DNA of 63,380 nt, filler included, from Nemertoderma westbladi (lineage: Eukaryota; Animalia; Xenacoelomorpha), in assembly GCA_032718475.1 (NCBI GenBank). It is 4 parts of 4 records of this genome, joined end to end, with 100 filler letters (N's around TTAATTAATTAA, not from the genome) between each part and the next. Parts side by side here need not be neighbours in the genome. Positions count along the whole stretch, not along the records: positions 19,397 to 41,261 come from JAUCBJ010004209.1; 3 more parts are not named here. One strand, 5' to 3'. Below, piece after piece: positions 22,506 to 34,303 of the stretch; within the stretch, counting starts at the first letter, position 1, and the number at the start of each line of letters is the position of its first letter. The position numbers and the translations under genes are program-made. Below the pieces are notes generated by a model that saw only the letters and a program-made list of their open reading frames with translations, had not been told where the DNA came from and did not search any database.

Positions 22506-22959
22506 ATAAAGGTGCTTCTGGCGGATGGTGTAAAATACCTTATCGGAGAGTCCTCCGTTGGTGTAACGGAGCTTCGAGACGCTGGCTTCCATTAGTTAAA
22601 GCCTCCGTTAATTTAACGGAGGTTTCGAGTAATTTACAATTTTAGTTCGCAGCGCCGTTAGCACTAACGGAGCTTTTTGTCACCTGCCCCCGGTCAGTAA
22701 TATTTTAACTTTGGGGAAAGAACTACGGACAAAGAACCGCACGCACTCCAACAATTAATTGTAGTTAAATGTTTGAATATAAGCAGATAAAAGTGGCAGC
22801 TTCGCAATCATGAATCATGAGAGGTACATACAGTAGAAAAAGTCAATAATGACATTCTCACCAACATGGAGGTCTACAGACCACCAGCCCTTTAGCGATA
22901 AAGAAAGTTAAACACCGGAGTTGTCACCTAAACTCCACAGACTTCCTCCAAAGGACGCT

Positions 22960-23240
22960 GACAAGCAATAAACACGCGAGAATGCCCGAACTCTACCGGA
23001 ACCCCATGATGCATAAACATGGCGAACCGCGATGAGACCCATATCATCCGGGTCCGGGTCAGCCTTTGAGAAACCATCTTGGCTGGTAGACCTGTACCTT
23101 AGCCAAGCAGCCAATCGCATCCCTGAGAGACTTAAGAACACTGCAGACTTTATGGACAGGGTCAGCCATATTAACCCCCTCCTACAGTCGGGCGATATGA
23201 TTTTCAACCTGGACATCATATCCATTGGGAATGGGAAATC
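22960..23240 (+). pseudogene. Penelope-like RT N-terminal fragment (second family)
   Basis: RPI(I)SGSGSAFEKPSWLVDLYL...LKNTADF...FNLD resembles the PLE RT motifs RPI.S...S and ..K.T..F. Confidence 0.6.
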
Positions 23241-23271
23241 TACTTGGGCCCTTTTCTGATAATCGGTCAAC

Positions 23272-23560
23272 TGTCCAAGTCGATTCGCCCCAGGTCCATA
23301 TGCCCCTAAAATGTGGGGCGAATCGACTTGGGGCGAATAGGTCGAGGTGCGAATCGACCCGCACCCATAAATTAATTATATAGGTCAACTCTATCTATCA
23401 CCATCACCAATGATAAAGTGATTATTCAAGGGATATTATGGGTGTCAATAACCAATTAATTAACTAAATGAATAAGGATGTAGGACAATTCGGTCCCTAA
23501 ACACCAAATAAATGGGACCGAATTGTCCGGAACCGAATTGACCAGGACTGAATTGTCCTT
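23272..23560. repeat. Two small foldback/MITE-like units with 15-bp subrepeats
   Basis: CCAAGTCGATTCGCCCCA / TGGGGCGAATCGACTTGG and GGACAATTCGGTCCC / GGGACCGAATTGTCC inverted pairs, each followed by tandem 15-mers. Confidence 0.6.
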
Positions 23561-23670
23561 TTCTTGATACAAACATAATTCGGACTAAAAAAAATACTAG
23601 CAAAATTGAATTCCAAATATTTATATATTACCAAATACAATAGTTAGAATATAAATATAAAACACAATAT

Positions 23671-24105
23671 TTAACACATATCAGACAGTCTGCTTCCTCC
23701 TGCTGTCACAATATCCTCACATGTTTCTATCACTTCATTATATAAAAAATCAGATGTTAATACAGCAACGGGAAGCAAACGCAGAACAATTTTCTTACCA
23801 CTAAATAAGTAACCAGCTAGAATAGCAAGAAGTGTTGTAGCCAACATATTGGTACTACTATTCACAGCCTTTCCGAATACATGGCCACCATGATAAACTA
23901 AGGAAGCTTTAACATATATTTCATCAATATGGAAAACTATTGCTTTGGAGTGGTTATCCTCATTTCCTAATATTATTTTAAGAAGATCAACTTTGCTAAC
24001 TTTATCAACATGATTAGTTAGCGTTTGGAGAGTGCGTTTACTGGGTAACTGTAAAACATCAATCAACATGCAGTACAAAGGCCGGCATAATGTGTACCAT
24101 TCCAA
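23671..24105 (-). pseudogene. P-element/THAP9-type transposase fragment
   Basis: LQLPSKRTLQ...VFHIDEIYVKASLVYHGGHVFG...ATTLLA matches the LPS..TL and DE..(I/V)K..L.Y motifs of P-type transposases. Confidence 0.75.
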
Positions 24106-24390
24106 CGGTAATACGATGCCACTTGAACTGTATATATTTGTATTTCTTGGCGAATTAAATAATTAGGAGCCCGCTTTACAGCGGGATACTTACTGTAAAA
24201 ATCTCAGGGATACTTGCTGTAAAAATCTCAGGATATATAACACTGACTGACTGACTGACTGATAATTATCCAGGTTCAGGCACTTCCTGCCTGGCGATTT
24301 TGATGAAATTTTGCAAGTACATTGCTTTGGTGGTTCATAATCGCGTTACAAAATTTCAGATCGATTCTATGTGTGGTATTCGATATATTT

Positions 24391-25340
24391 TGTGACGGGA
24401 TCATAGATCCCAACCGGGTTAGATATGTACGCATCACCGTTTCGCTGGCGCTGCTGTACTATGGTCGTTTTGGCCGAAGGCCGTCGGGGAAATAAGAGAG
24501 TTTGTGTTTCTCAATATTAATCTTCCGAAATGATAATAGCACAGAACTATGTATGTAATGACTATCACGATACAAAATAACAGCAGAAAATACACAGATA
24601 TTAATCGGTTATCTTGGTAGCGGTGACGGTCATAAACTATGACCAGTCTGCAACTCTGTGATTAATGAACTGACCGGTAAATCAGTAATACAGAATAGTT
24701 ATATGATTGATACACACAGATATTGGTTTCACCTCTTACTCTACTTGGCATTCTGTACCCAGTGGATGCTTTCCTATCTCTGTTCATGTGCTTCCTACCC
24801 TGCTATTGGCTAATATACTAATTGTCACTTTGGCACTCCCTGTGAGTGTTTCCCCCCCACCGCTAGCCTCTACTAGCTGCGTTCTCCCTCCGAGGTGGTT
24901 TGACCTCTCACCTCTCTCTGTGGCTTTAGGGCTTGTGTCGCCCCCCCCCAAGTTGTTTATGAGGCGAGATTATTATTGGTAATCTCGTATCCCCAACTGT
25001 ATTGGTAAAATGCCACTGGTCCCATTTTCGGGTGGATAATGCATCGGAATTGAATCCACTTACACTCCCCCCATGCTATCTTCCCGGTGAGAAGATAGCA
25101 TCAACCTTAAGTGCGCTTCAATTCCGCTGGAACCCAATCTAATATCGGGTGTGGGGTGGAGTTCTTTTCTCGGGGTCGGCTTTCCTGACCGCCCCCCCTG
25201 GGTATGTTATTACTACCCCTCCTTGGTGCAATCGCGACCTATGTTGCACCAAGGTATCTGGTGTCTCTGTTTGAGACAATTGTGCTCTCTCTTCACACAA
25301 TTTTCCACAACCTCACTCTACGATGGAACCATTGAGGGAC
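24391..25340 (-). mobile_element. BEL/Pao-family copy 3: complete 674-bp 3' LTR (24391-25064), PPT and 3' internal remnant
   Basis: TGT...ACA termini homologous to the other LTRs. Minus-strand PPT GGGGGGAG abuts the LTR (25065-25072). 25113-25310 is homologous to 1305-1500. Confidence 0.85.
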
Positions 25341-25397
25341 AATAGACCATGGAGGATATTAATTTCCTTATGAAATTGGCACCAAGTAGAACAAATC

Positions 25398-25811
25398 AAA
25401 TGTATGACAGGTTCTAAACCGACTTTCCCCACTGTTCCTAAACGTCCGGTCTATCTTGTACTACCGTTCATTGGTTCATACTCAATCCTGCTTAAAAAAC
25501 GACTACAGTTACTTAGCAAAGCGTTTCCCCAATGTAATTTTAAGATTATTTTTCGCCCTACACGTAGGTTAGGAGTTCACTTTCCATTTAAGGATAGACT
25601 TCCCCTCCCTACTTCAATCAAACCTTTATTTTACCGACGTTACGTAGATGACTCTTTTATTTTATTCCGTGATCGGCAACACGCTTATGACTTTATGAAA
25701 TACCTAAATAAACAGCACAGAAATATAGAGTTTACAGCTGAATTCGAATCTAATGGCTCCCTACAATTCTTTCTCATTACAAAAAACACAGATAATAAAT
25801 ACATTACATCT
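25398..25811 (+). mobile_element. Penelope fragment carrying the same rearranged junction as the main copy
   Basis: Near-identical to ~34528-34947, including ...RLPL|PTSIKPLFYRRYVDD. Confidence 0.9.
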
Positions 25812-26100
25812 GAAATACATGTAAATCTGAACAGCAGTGGTCCAAGCACCGATCCCTGTGGAACACCATACCTTAATTGGAGTATATTTGAGAATGATTC
25901 ATCAATACGTACCTGTTGTGTGCGATCTTTCAAATAAGAATGAATCATGCCAGTACAGGGCCTTTGACACCAATTTTATGTTCAAGAACTTCAAGTAATT
26001 TAGAATGTTGTACTGTATCAAATGCAGCACTCAGATTTAAGGCAATAAACAAACATGAAGAACCGCTATCAATACCACGTAATATATCATCCATACATTA
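25812..26100 (-). pseudogene. L2/CR1-group LINE RT fragment
   Basis: ALNLSAAFDTV...SYLKDRTQQVRI...YGVPQGSVLGPLLF. Confidence 0.85.
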
Positions 26101-28021
26101 AAGTTTGCACAACTTATTGTTGCGGTTGTCCCACAACAAACGGCCGAATTGGGTACTGGCCCATCGGGTAAGCCAGCAGTCGGATCGTGGTAATATGCAA
26201 GAAAGGTTAGCTAACTTGTTCGTCATCCTCCATCATTGCCGAGCGCATCCACCCCGACACCAGCCACACGACCCCCCCCCCACCACCCCCCCCCCCCCCC
26301 CCCCCCCCTCGACACCCTCCAGTTCGCGCAGGGTCCTCGCGGATGTGGTCCTGACACAGCGGTACCTCTTCTAAGCTCAGCCGTATAATAAACGAATGAA
26401 TGTTATAATAAATGTATATTATGGTTTAAATTTTTGTCACTGGTGGTAAACTCGTAATAATTTAAAGAGACAATACATTAACATATGAGGTTCATCGTAT
26501 TTGTTAGTCGTATTTCTTCTAAAATAATAAACAACATTCATAAACTTTAATAATTACTATAGATTTTTATTGCAGGCCATATAGTCGAGTCAATCTAGCA
26601 AAAAACCCATAAGTATTTCGCAATCAATCCGAACCACATATTTTGGATTCTATATTACCTTATAAATGACCAAAAAAAGTCTACAAAATTTTATTTGGCA
26701 GATCATATGTTTATTCATGGAAATTCTGCGTAAATTTGCATAACACAGGCCAAACAAAAGGAACAGTAGGGAAAAGTAAGTAGCCAATTGGTGATGTTCC
26801 ATAATAATTTAATTAATTTCACAATGTGATTCAATGGGAAATTAGTAATGTTTGCACTGGTGTGTTACACATTAATTGCTATATCTCAGAAAATAGAATT
26901 CGTATCAAATTTTTAAATATATCAAAAACTTCACGATATATTAAGCTAACTGTTGTAAAAAAATTATACAATTCCACTGCAAGGAAATTTCATAATTTCC
27001 ATTAATGTTAGTGAAGATTTTTCACATAATTAAATTGTGATTGCTCTATTGATTTTAGGTGTAATTTATTTATTTGTTTTAGTTTGAAAACCACAATAGT
27101 TTATCATATAATAAATAAATTTTTTGGGGATAAGGGTTTTTGAGGTCGATAAATCCGATTGGCGAGGTTACATCCACCCGTTTAGTAGAGAAGTTGCGTA
27201 TATAAGCTCCCTATATTGTACCAGCAAAATTGGTATTAAAAATGGTTAAATTATTAGACAAATTTCCGTTGCTCTGGAAACTAAATTGGTAACTATATAG
27301 AAGTGCATACTCCTGTCAATCGATAGTCATTAGAGTAATGTTTGTCTGTGCCAAATTTGGAGAAAATCCCAAATGTAATTTTAAGATTATTTTTCGCCCT
27401 ACACGTAGGTTAGGAGTTCACTTTCCATTTAAGGATAGACTTCCCCTATGTCTCAGACCTCTTGCTTTATATAAATTTACGTGCAGTAGCTGCAATGCTA
27501 CATACATCGGTAAAACCGAGCGTCACTACAAAGCAAGGATCAGCGAACACTTGGGAGTTTCCCCTCGAACAGGAAAAGCTTCAGCCTCTCCCAAACACTC
27601 CACTGTACGAGAACACGCCCTAGACGAGGATCACACCTTTAATTACAATGACTTCTCAATAATAGGTAGAGCTGATACTAATTACGACCTATTAATTAAA
27701 GAAAGCCTAGTTATCTCCCGCCACAGACCTACTCTAAATATTCAGGGAACCTCATTCCCTTTACTATTGTTCTAAAAACTACACACACTACATAGACCGT
27801 ATCTACAGTACTATACAGTATGTATTAATTAATATTGGTGTTGTACTCATTATAAATTTAGTTGTCTGATTTCATGATTTTACCATGCACTATTTTACTT
27901 AATTTAGTATTATGTATGCAAGTAGTTAGGCTCCTATATCTTCTCGTATTGTAATGTTTTCACATATTTTGCAGTAATATTAATAATTTAGAATGTAATT
28001 TAAACTTTATGTATCTTACTG

Positions 28022-28075
28022 TAGTATTGGCTGATGATGGTTTAATGTAATAAATCGAAACGTTTCGCTTAATTA
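28022..28075 (+). ncRNA. Putative minimal hammerhead ribozyme in Penelope pLTR
   Basis: CTGATGA, stem II (GGTTTA/TAAATC), GAAA, then palindromic AACGTT. Stem I is weak. Second copy at ~35951-36004. Confidence 0.5.
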
Positions 28076-30481
28076 ATTATGGTATTATTTTCATTCGCGC
28101 TAATTATTATAATTTTACTACGATTACGTTACCCCACTGGGACTTCAATAACCTCTGTTTTCGAGAAGCGCTACTCCAGTGAATCATTAAAGACGTTCCG
28201 TGTCTTTGAAAAATCTCAATTTAAATTAGAAAAAAACAACTTAGATATACAATTCCTGCAATCCTGTCTAGACTCTAACGTCATACCTCATTTTTTGCGA
28301 TTCAAAACCGCGGACAGTCAACTTATCGGAACTGCGGAGTACTGAGCCTGTCAGAAACGCCTACTCGCAACCGAATTAGCTAATAAACGGCGGATTGGGA
28401 AGGGATTAAAACGTGCCTTAGATTGACAGCGATACAGCCTGAGGTCCATTTTATCAGGCCTTGACTACGCGTTCGTCATCCGGCAAAGTGAACTCTGCCT
28501 AAACCGTCGCCTGAAACACCAAACTAGAACTCACGCAAAGAAACTGATACAACTTCGCCGAGAAGAGTCGCTAACTAAAATCAACCCGGACTCTGTAATA
28601 TTTAACTACTCTACTCGCATTCTCACTGATGATGAAAAATCGCTTCTGTGTAAAGGACTTCGCTACTCAATCGTTCCCGATAAAGCTGATTACGCCGACT
28701 TCCTCGTACCATTTGAAAAACTTTATCGCTCCCTCTCCTCTACACCCATCAACCGTGCCGGTGGTTTCTCACGGGAAATTGTGAGAAACCGCTTGAGAGA
28801 TACTGCCCTATCCTCCCTCTATAGCTTTAACACAAAAAAACTAAAAAGTAATCTCACTAAAAAAGAGCGCCAAGCTTTAAAACAGCTTTCTGCCGACACT
28901 GATATCGTTATTGTTAAGCCTGACAAAAAAGGTGTTGTCATCCTTAACAAATGCGATTATATCTCTAAAGTAATGACTGTATTATCAGACAAAAGTAAAT
29001 TTAAGGAAATTAACTCTAACCCTGATAACTGGTTTCTAGACTGCATTAGGGCTGAAGACCGCTATAAGAAACTACTGTCGAAACTGAAACCAAACTGGAA
29101 TATTACTAAGGAAGATTACAGTAGGTTACAACCAACTGGTACCCATCCCGGTATCCTCAATGGCCTTCCCAAAGTCCATAAGGATGGCTGTCCCACTAGA
29201 CCCATACTATCAGCAATAGGCACTATTCATTCAGTATAATATAGCTAAATTTCTAGTCCCTCAATTACAACCACATACAGTAATCGAACACACAGTTCGG
29301 GATACTTTTTCATTTGTTAAGGAGGTTACTGAACTTAATCCAGGCAAAGATTTATATATGGCCAGCTTTGATGTTAAAAATCTGTTTACAAACGTACCTG
29401 TTGACGAAACTATTGTAATTTTACTCTCCCAGCTATTTAATGACAGTGATACTGTAGATGGGCTAACAAGGGCGCAGTACAAGAAAATTCTAGAATTCTC
29501 AGCTAAAAATATAGAATTTATTTTCAATAATAAAAAATTCGTTCAAGTAGATGGGGGTGTCAATGGGCAGTCCGCTGGGTCCAACTTTTGCCAACGCCTT
29601 TTTATGCTTTCATGAAAAACGCTGGCTCAACCAATGCCCTACTTCAATCAAACCTTTATTTTACCGACGTTACGTAGATGACTCTTTTATTTTATTCCGT
29701 GATCGGCAACACGCTTATGACTTTATGAAATACCTAAATAAACAGCACAGAAATATAGAGTTTACAGCTGAATTCGAATCTAATGGCTCCCTACAATTCT
29801 TAGATGTTCTCATTACAAAAAACACAGATAATAAATACATTACATCTGTTTACCATAAACCAACTTTTATAGGCCTGTATACACCATTTGATAGCTTTAT
29901 TCCAAATCAATTCAAAATTGCTCTAATTTCAACACTTGTTTATCGAATCCTTATGATTTGTTCTACTTGGTGCCAATTTCATAAGGAAATTAATATCCTC
30001 CATGGTCTTGTAATGGTGTGTGCAGTCTGGCAGTCTGGGTACAGCAGTACTGGTGTCCGGTAGTACTGATGGTAGTATATAAAGAGATGGCTGCTTTCAC
30101 TCACTACTACTGACTGAAGTCAGTATGTATATTGTATATCCTTATATCGGTACTCTTTCCTACACGTAGGCCACCACACAGCCTCCGTTTAAATAGCGGA
30201 GCTGTAAAATAACAAATAATGAATTTAGAAGAAATAGTCACAAACTGAAAGTAAATGTAGTACGTCCAAACAGTCTAAGTTATTGCTTAATAATAGTGAT
30301 AAGTGTTCCTATTGGTTGAAATCACAACTCGGCCAGATCGAGTCTTAGTTTGCTCATCACTGGAGGGTGCTGTGACTGGTTGCCAAGGTCTGGTGGTCGT
30401 GGTCCCGTAGGGGTCAATATAGGTGCTCCCGGGGTTGCTTGTTTCGCTATATAGGGTTTTAGTCTGGAGACGCTAACAGTG

Positions 30482-33383
30482 TTATGTTTCCCTTTCTGTT
30501 CTATAATGACGGTAGCTCCGTTGTTCTCGATATCTCAAAAGGGCCGGTGTAAGGGCCTCTACAGGGCGCCTTATACGGTCGATGCGCAGCCACACATGAG
30601 AAGTTCCCTCGGGAAGGTACGTGCGAGTCTTGGTACTCAAAATAGGCTGTTGTTGTCGGTATATATGATTCGATGGATCGGAAAATGAGTTTAGATTGTC
30701 CAAAATTGTTGACGAGTTTGAAAGTGACTGAACGAGTGGTTTACATGGAAACCTTGGGGACTCTCCCGTAATAAGTGAAAATGGGGATGGACTGGTGTCG
30801 TTGGGGGTGTTTCTTAATGACCATAGGATGGCTGAAAGAGAAGTAAACCAGTCGGTTTCACGAGCACGGATAGCTTCTTTCAGTCTATGGTGCATCCGTT
30901 CCACCATACCTTTTGTCTGAGGGTGATACGAAGTTGTAGGTAGTCGAACGAATCCGAGATTACTGGCAATGTTGGCGAAAAGATATGACTCAAATTGGCT
31001 GCCTTTATCGCTGACAATGTGTAAGGGCATACTAAATATGGATATCCAACCATCGATAAGTGCTTTGGCCACCGTTGTTGTTAATGTATCAGCAACCGGC
31101 ACCGCCATGGGCCAGCCTGAAAATCTATCAATTGCTGTTACAACGTAGGAAAAGTTACAAATAGTGGGCAATGGACCCACAATATCAATGTGTATAATAT
31201 CGAATCATTCAGTGACGATTGGCATTGGATGGTTTGGTCTGTGAATGTGGCGAACAATTTTAGCGCGTTGATAATGTTCGCATTCCCGTACCCACTGCTG
31301 AATGTCCCTCTTTGCCTTGGGCCAAAAGTAGCGAGATAATATTAGGCGTTGTGTCGCTGTCCGACCTGGGTGAGCTACATTATGAGCTTGTTGAAAAATT
31401 GAAAATCTGAGATTTTCTGTAATATAGGGTCGAGGATAAGAAGAATTTGTGTCACATGCGATTGTAAGAGAACCAAAGGGAAGTTTAGTGAGGGTTGAAG
31501 GAAGTTCTACTCCCCCTTGGGATTGTTGTGTAGCCGGTAAGTCGCAAACGGCAGTAGAAATACTGGCAATAAGCGGTGTCGGGCCTTCCAATTCTGGTAA
31601 TATCTGATCTTCCATTGGTTGGTTGGATGAGTCGGGTGGTCGGGATAATAAATCGGCTACAATATTTTCACGGCCAGGAATATAGCGAACTTCATCCACA
31701 TATTCCGCTATTGTGGCAAATCGATGATTTTGCCAATGAGAATTGGCGTTAGTTCTTTTATGGATCGCAGAAACCAACGGTTTGTGGTCTGTAAGTGCAA
31801 TGGTTTGCAGCGATTCTATATATGGCCTGAAATGCAACACAGCACTGGAGAGGGCGAGGAGTTCACGCTCAAATGCTGATCGTTGTGAATCCGTTGTACT
31901 TAAACGTTTGGAAAAGAATGACAAGGGTTGGTCATTGACTGATAAAACGCCTCCTATTGCCAAATCGGAAGCATCAGTAGTTAATATGAATTTCTTGGCA
32001 TCTGGTGGTGGATGTGTAAGAATGACTCATTGTTGTAATACTTCGAGGATTCTTGTGTATGAGTCTTGGTGATGTTGGAGCCAGTTAAACTGAGGACTGA
32101 CTCCTTTGCGGGGTTGAGTGTCGTTTAATAGTTCTTGGAGTGGAATTAAAATCTCCGCAGCACGAGGTAGGAAACGGCGATAAAAGTTTATGGCCCCCAG
32201 TTGGCTTCTAAGTTCCTTGTAAGAAGTGGGGATGGACAGTGCGCAAATTTCACTCACTTTAGATGTCGAGGGCGATATTCCATCTGAACTAATGTTAAAT
32301 CCGAGAAAATCGAGATCCGGAACGGCGAATACGCATTTGTTGGGATTTACGTGTAAACTGTAACAATCTAGACGCTGAAATAATTGAATAAGATCGGCTT
32401 TGTGAGTTTCCATATCAGGAGAACTGCAGATAACGTCGTCGTAAAATGGGAAGGTTCTCTCTCCTAGTCCATGAAGAGCCTTGTGGACGTGGCGGTTGAA
32501 GTGGGGTCCAGTGTTTTTCATCCCGAATGGCATACGGATAAACTCAAAGAGTCCAAATGGAGTTGTTATTGCCGTTTTAGGGATATCACTATCCTTAACG
32601 GGGATAACATGGTACGCTTTGACTAAATCTATCTTGGAAAAGACGGTACATCCGTGTAAGAATGCGTTGGCGTCACGAGGGTCCGGTGTCGGATAACTAT
32701 CTTTCTTTGTTACAGAGTTTAGACGGCGGTAATCACCACAGGGTCGGTACGTCCGATCTTTCTTTGTTACCATGTGTAATGGTGATGACCATTCAGAGGC
32801 CGATGGACGAATAATTCCAAGCTTTAACAGTTCGTTAAAATAGTTCTTGGCAGTTGCTAACTTATCTGGCGCTAAACGTCGAGGTTTACTTTGTATCGGT
32901 GGGCCTTCTGTTTCAATAGAAAATTCTATCGTTGATTGGGGAGATTCAGTATAATCTGGTAACTTGAATAGATGTTGGAAGGGCTCCATAGAAACAAGAA
33001 TCGATGTAGGGAATTCTGGAAGGGATGACTTTACCAAAGGAGTTGGGGGTGCTCGTTGCAGTTGCAGGGAAGCAACCAATCCTGTGATGCTGTCTTGGAG
33101 TACAGACAAATTACAATTGACTAACAGTTTATTCGGCACCAAGTATCGCCTGGGTAACGTCAGCAATTATAAACTGGTGAAAGTATTCCCGTCGTAGACG
33201 TTTCAGTTTAATAACCATATTCGCTCGGCCATATGTCTGAATTGGATGGCCATCTGCAGCACATAATTCATCTGTAGAGAGTTCAATAATATGTGAATCA
33301 GCGAGTTGTGGGGGCAGAACACTGTAACAAGCTCCGGTATCGATCAGGAAACGGGTGAGTTTGTTACCAACTTTGGCCTCCAA
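30482..33383 (-). pseudogene. Gypsy pol (PR-RT-RH-IN) split by frameshifts and stops
   Basis: ORFs 33129-33383, 32027-33166, 31205-31963 and 30482-31180 carry consecutive pol domains. Confidence 0.9.
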
Positions 33384-33439
33384 AGTGGGCGATTTGTGAA
33401 ACGCCCCCAGTGCTGAAATCGCTGCAACAGAGGGGGAGT

Positions 33440-34303
33440 CTAGTTTCCCTGATCCGGCGAGTTGTCCCTTGAGTTCTCACGAGAAACGTCACGAGAAAAG
33501 ATGCATGGTCGATGGCTGTCACTCTTGGGAAACTGACACCAAGTTGTACAGTTTTTAGCTGCTCTGCCGAAGAATATATGAGAACGGCAGATTTTTGGAC
33601 GCTGGTTGCGTGAGAATGGAATAATGGTACGTTGGTAGCTACGATTTGGGTAAGATGATGAACCGGCTGAGTCGTCCGAATATCGATTGGATTGGTACCG
33701 CGGCAGGGACTTGTGATCCGGCGAGCGGCCCCTGTAATATGAATCGGGTGAACCAGGACGATCACGGGAATATGAATTGGTTGAACGAGGATTATCACGT
33801 GAATATGAACCAACAGAATAAATCGGCATCTTGTTGACTGTGGCAGCGATGATGGTATCCGCAATCTTCAGGAATTCCTCCAGTGGATTCTTCGCTTGGG
33901 TGGCGAGAGCTGACTTCGCTGCCTCTGTGGGCATTGCTTCTATTACTCGAGCGATCAGTTCTTGTTCGCTACGCTGTGGCATGTCCGCGGCGTTTGCCAG
34001 AAGTTTCAGGCGGTGAACTGCCTGTGAAGGACGCTCTCCTTCGTGCAGAGAGAATGTTGCGATAGCCCGGCGAATAAGATCGTACTGCGATTCACCCAAC
34101 GTGTTTTTAAGCATATCTTTTACCTCGTCATACGTTTTAACGTCGGCTGTGGCGATAAGAGCGGCTTGTTCGGTAGGAAGGAGCGTCAGTAGAAGATTAA
34201 CCTGGTCTTCTGCCTTGGTTTTCTCCAGAACGAAATAAGCCTCTAGTTGACGGAACCATATACTTGGGTGTTGGAGTGAAAAAGGTGGAAGACGGCTTGC
34301 CAT
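33440..34303 (-). CDS. Gypsy Gag (intact 287-aa ORF)
   Basis: LPPF...WF.QLE.YF N-terminus and C-terminal C..H..FG..A..C...C knuckle. Confidence 0.85.
   Translation of the reverse strand: MASRLPPFSLQHPSIWFRQLEAYFVLEKTKAEDQVNLLLTLLPTEQAALIATADVKTYDEVKDMLKNTLGESQYDLIRRAIATFSLHEGERPSQAVHRLKLLANAADMPQRSEQELIARVIEAMPTEAAKSALATQAKNPLEEFLKIADTIIAATVNKMPIYSVGSYSRDNPRSTNSYSRDRPGSPDSYYRGRSPDHKSLPRYQSNRYSDDSAGSSSYPNRSYQRTIIPFSRNQRPKICRSHIFFGRAAKNCTTWCQFPKSDSHRPCIFSRDVSRENSRDNSPDQGN

Noticed and set aside
25404-25937. 177-aa ORF as a novel fusion
   Set aside because: It is a Penelope fragment running into the antisense strand of an L2/CR1 fragment.
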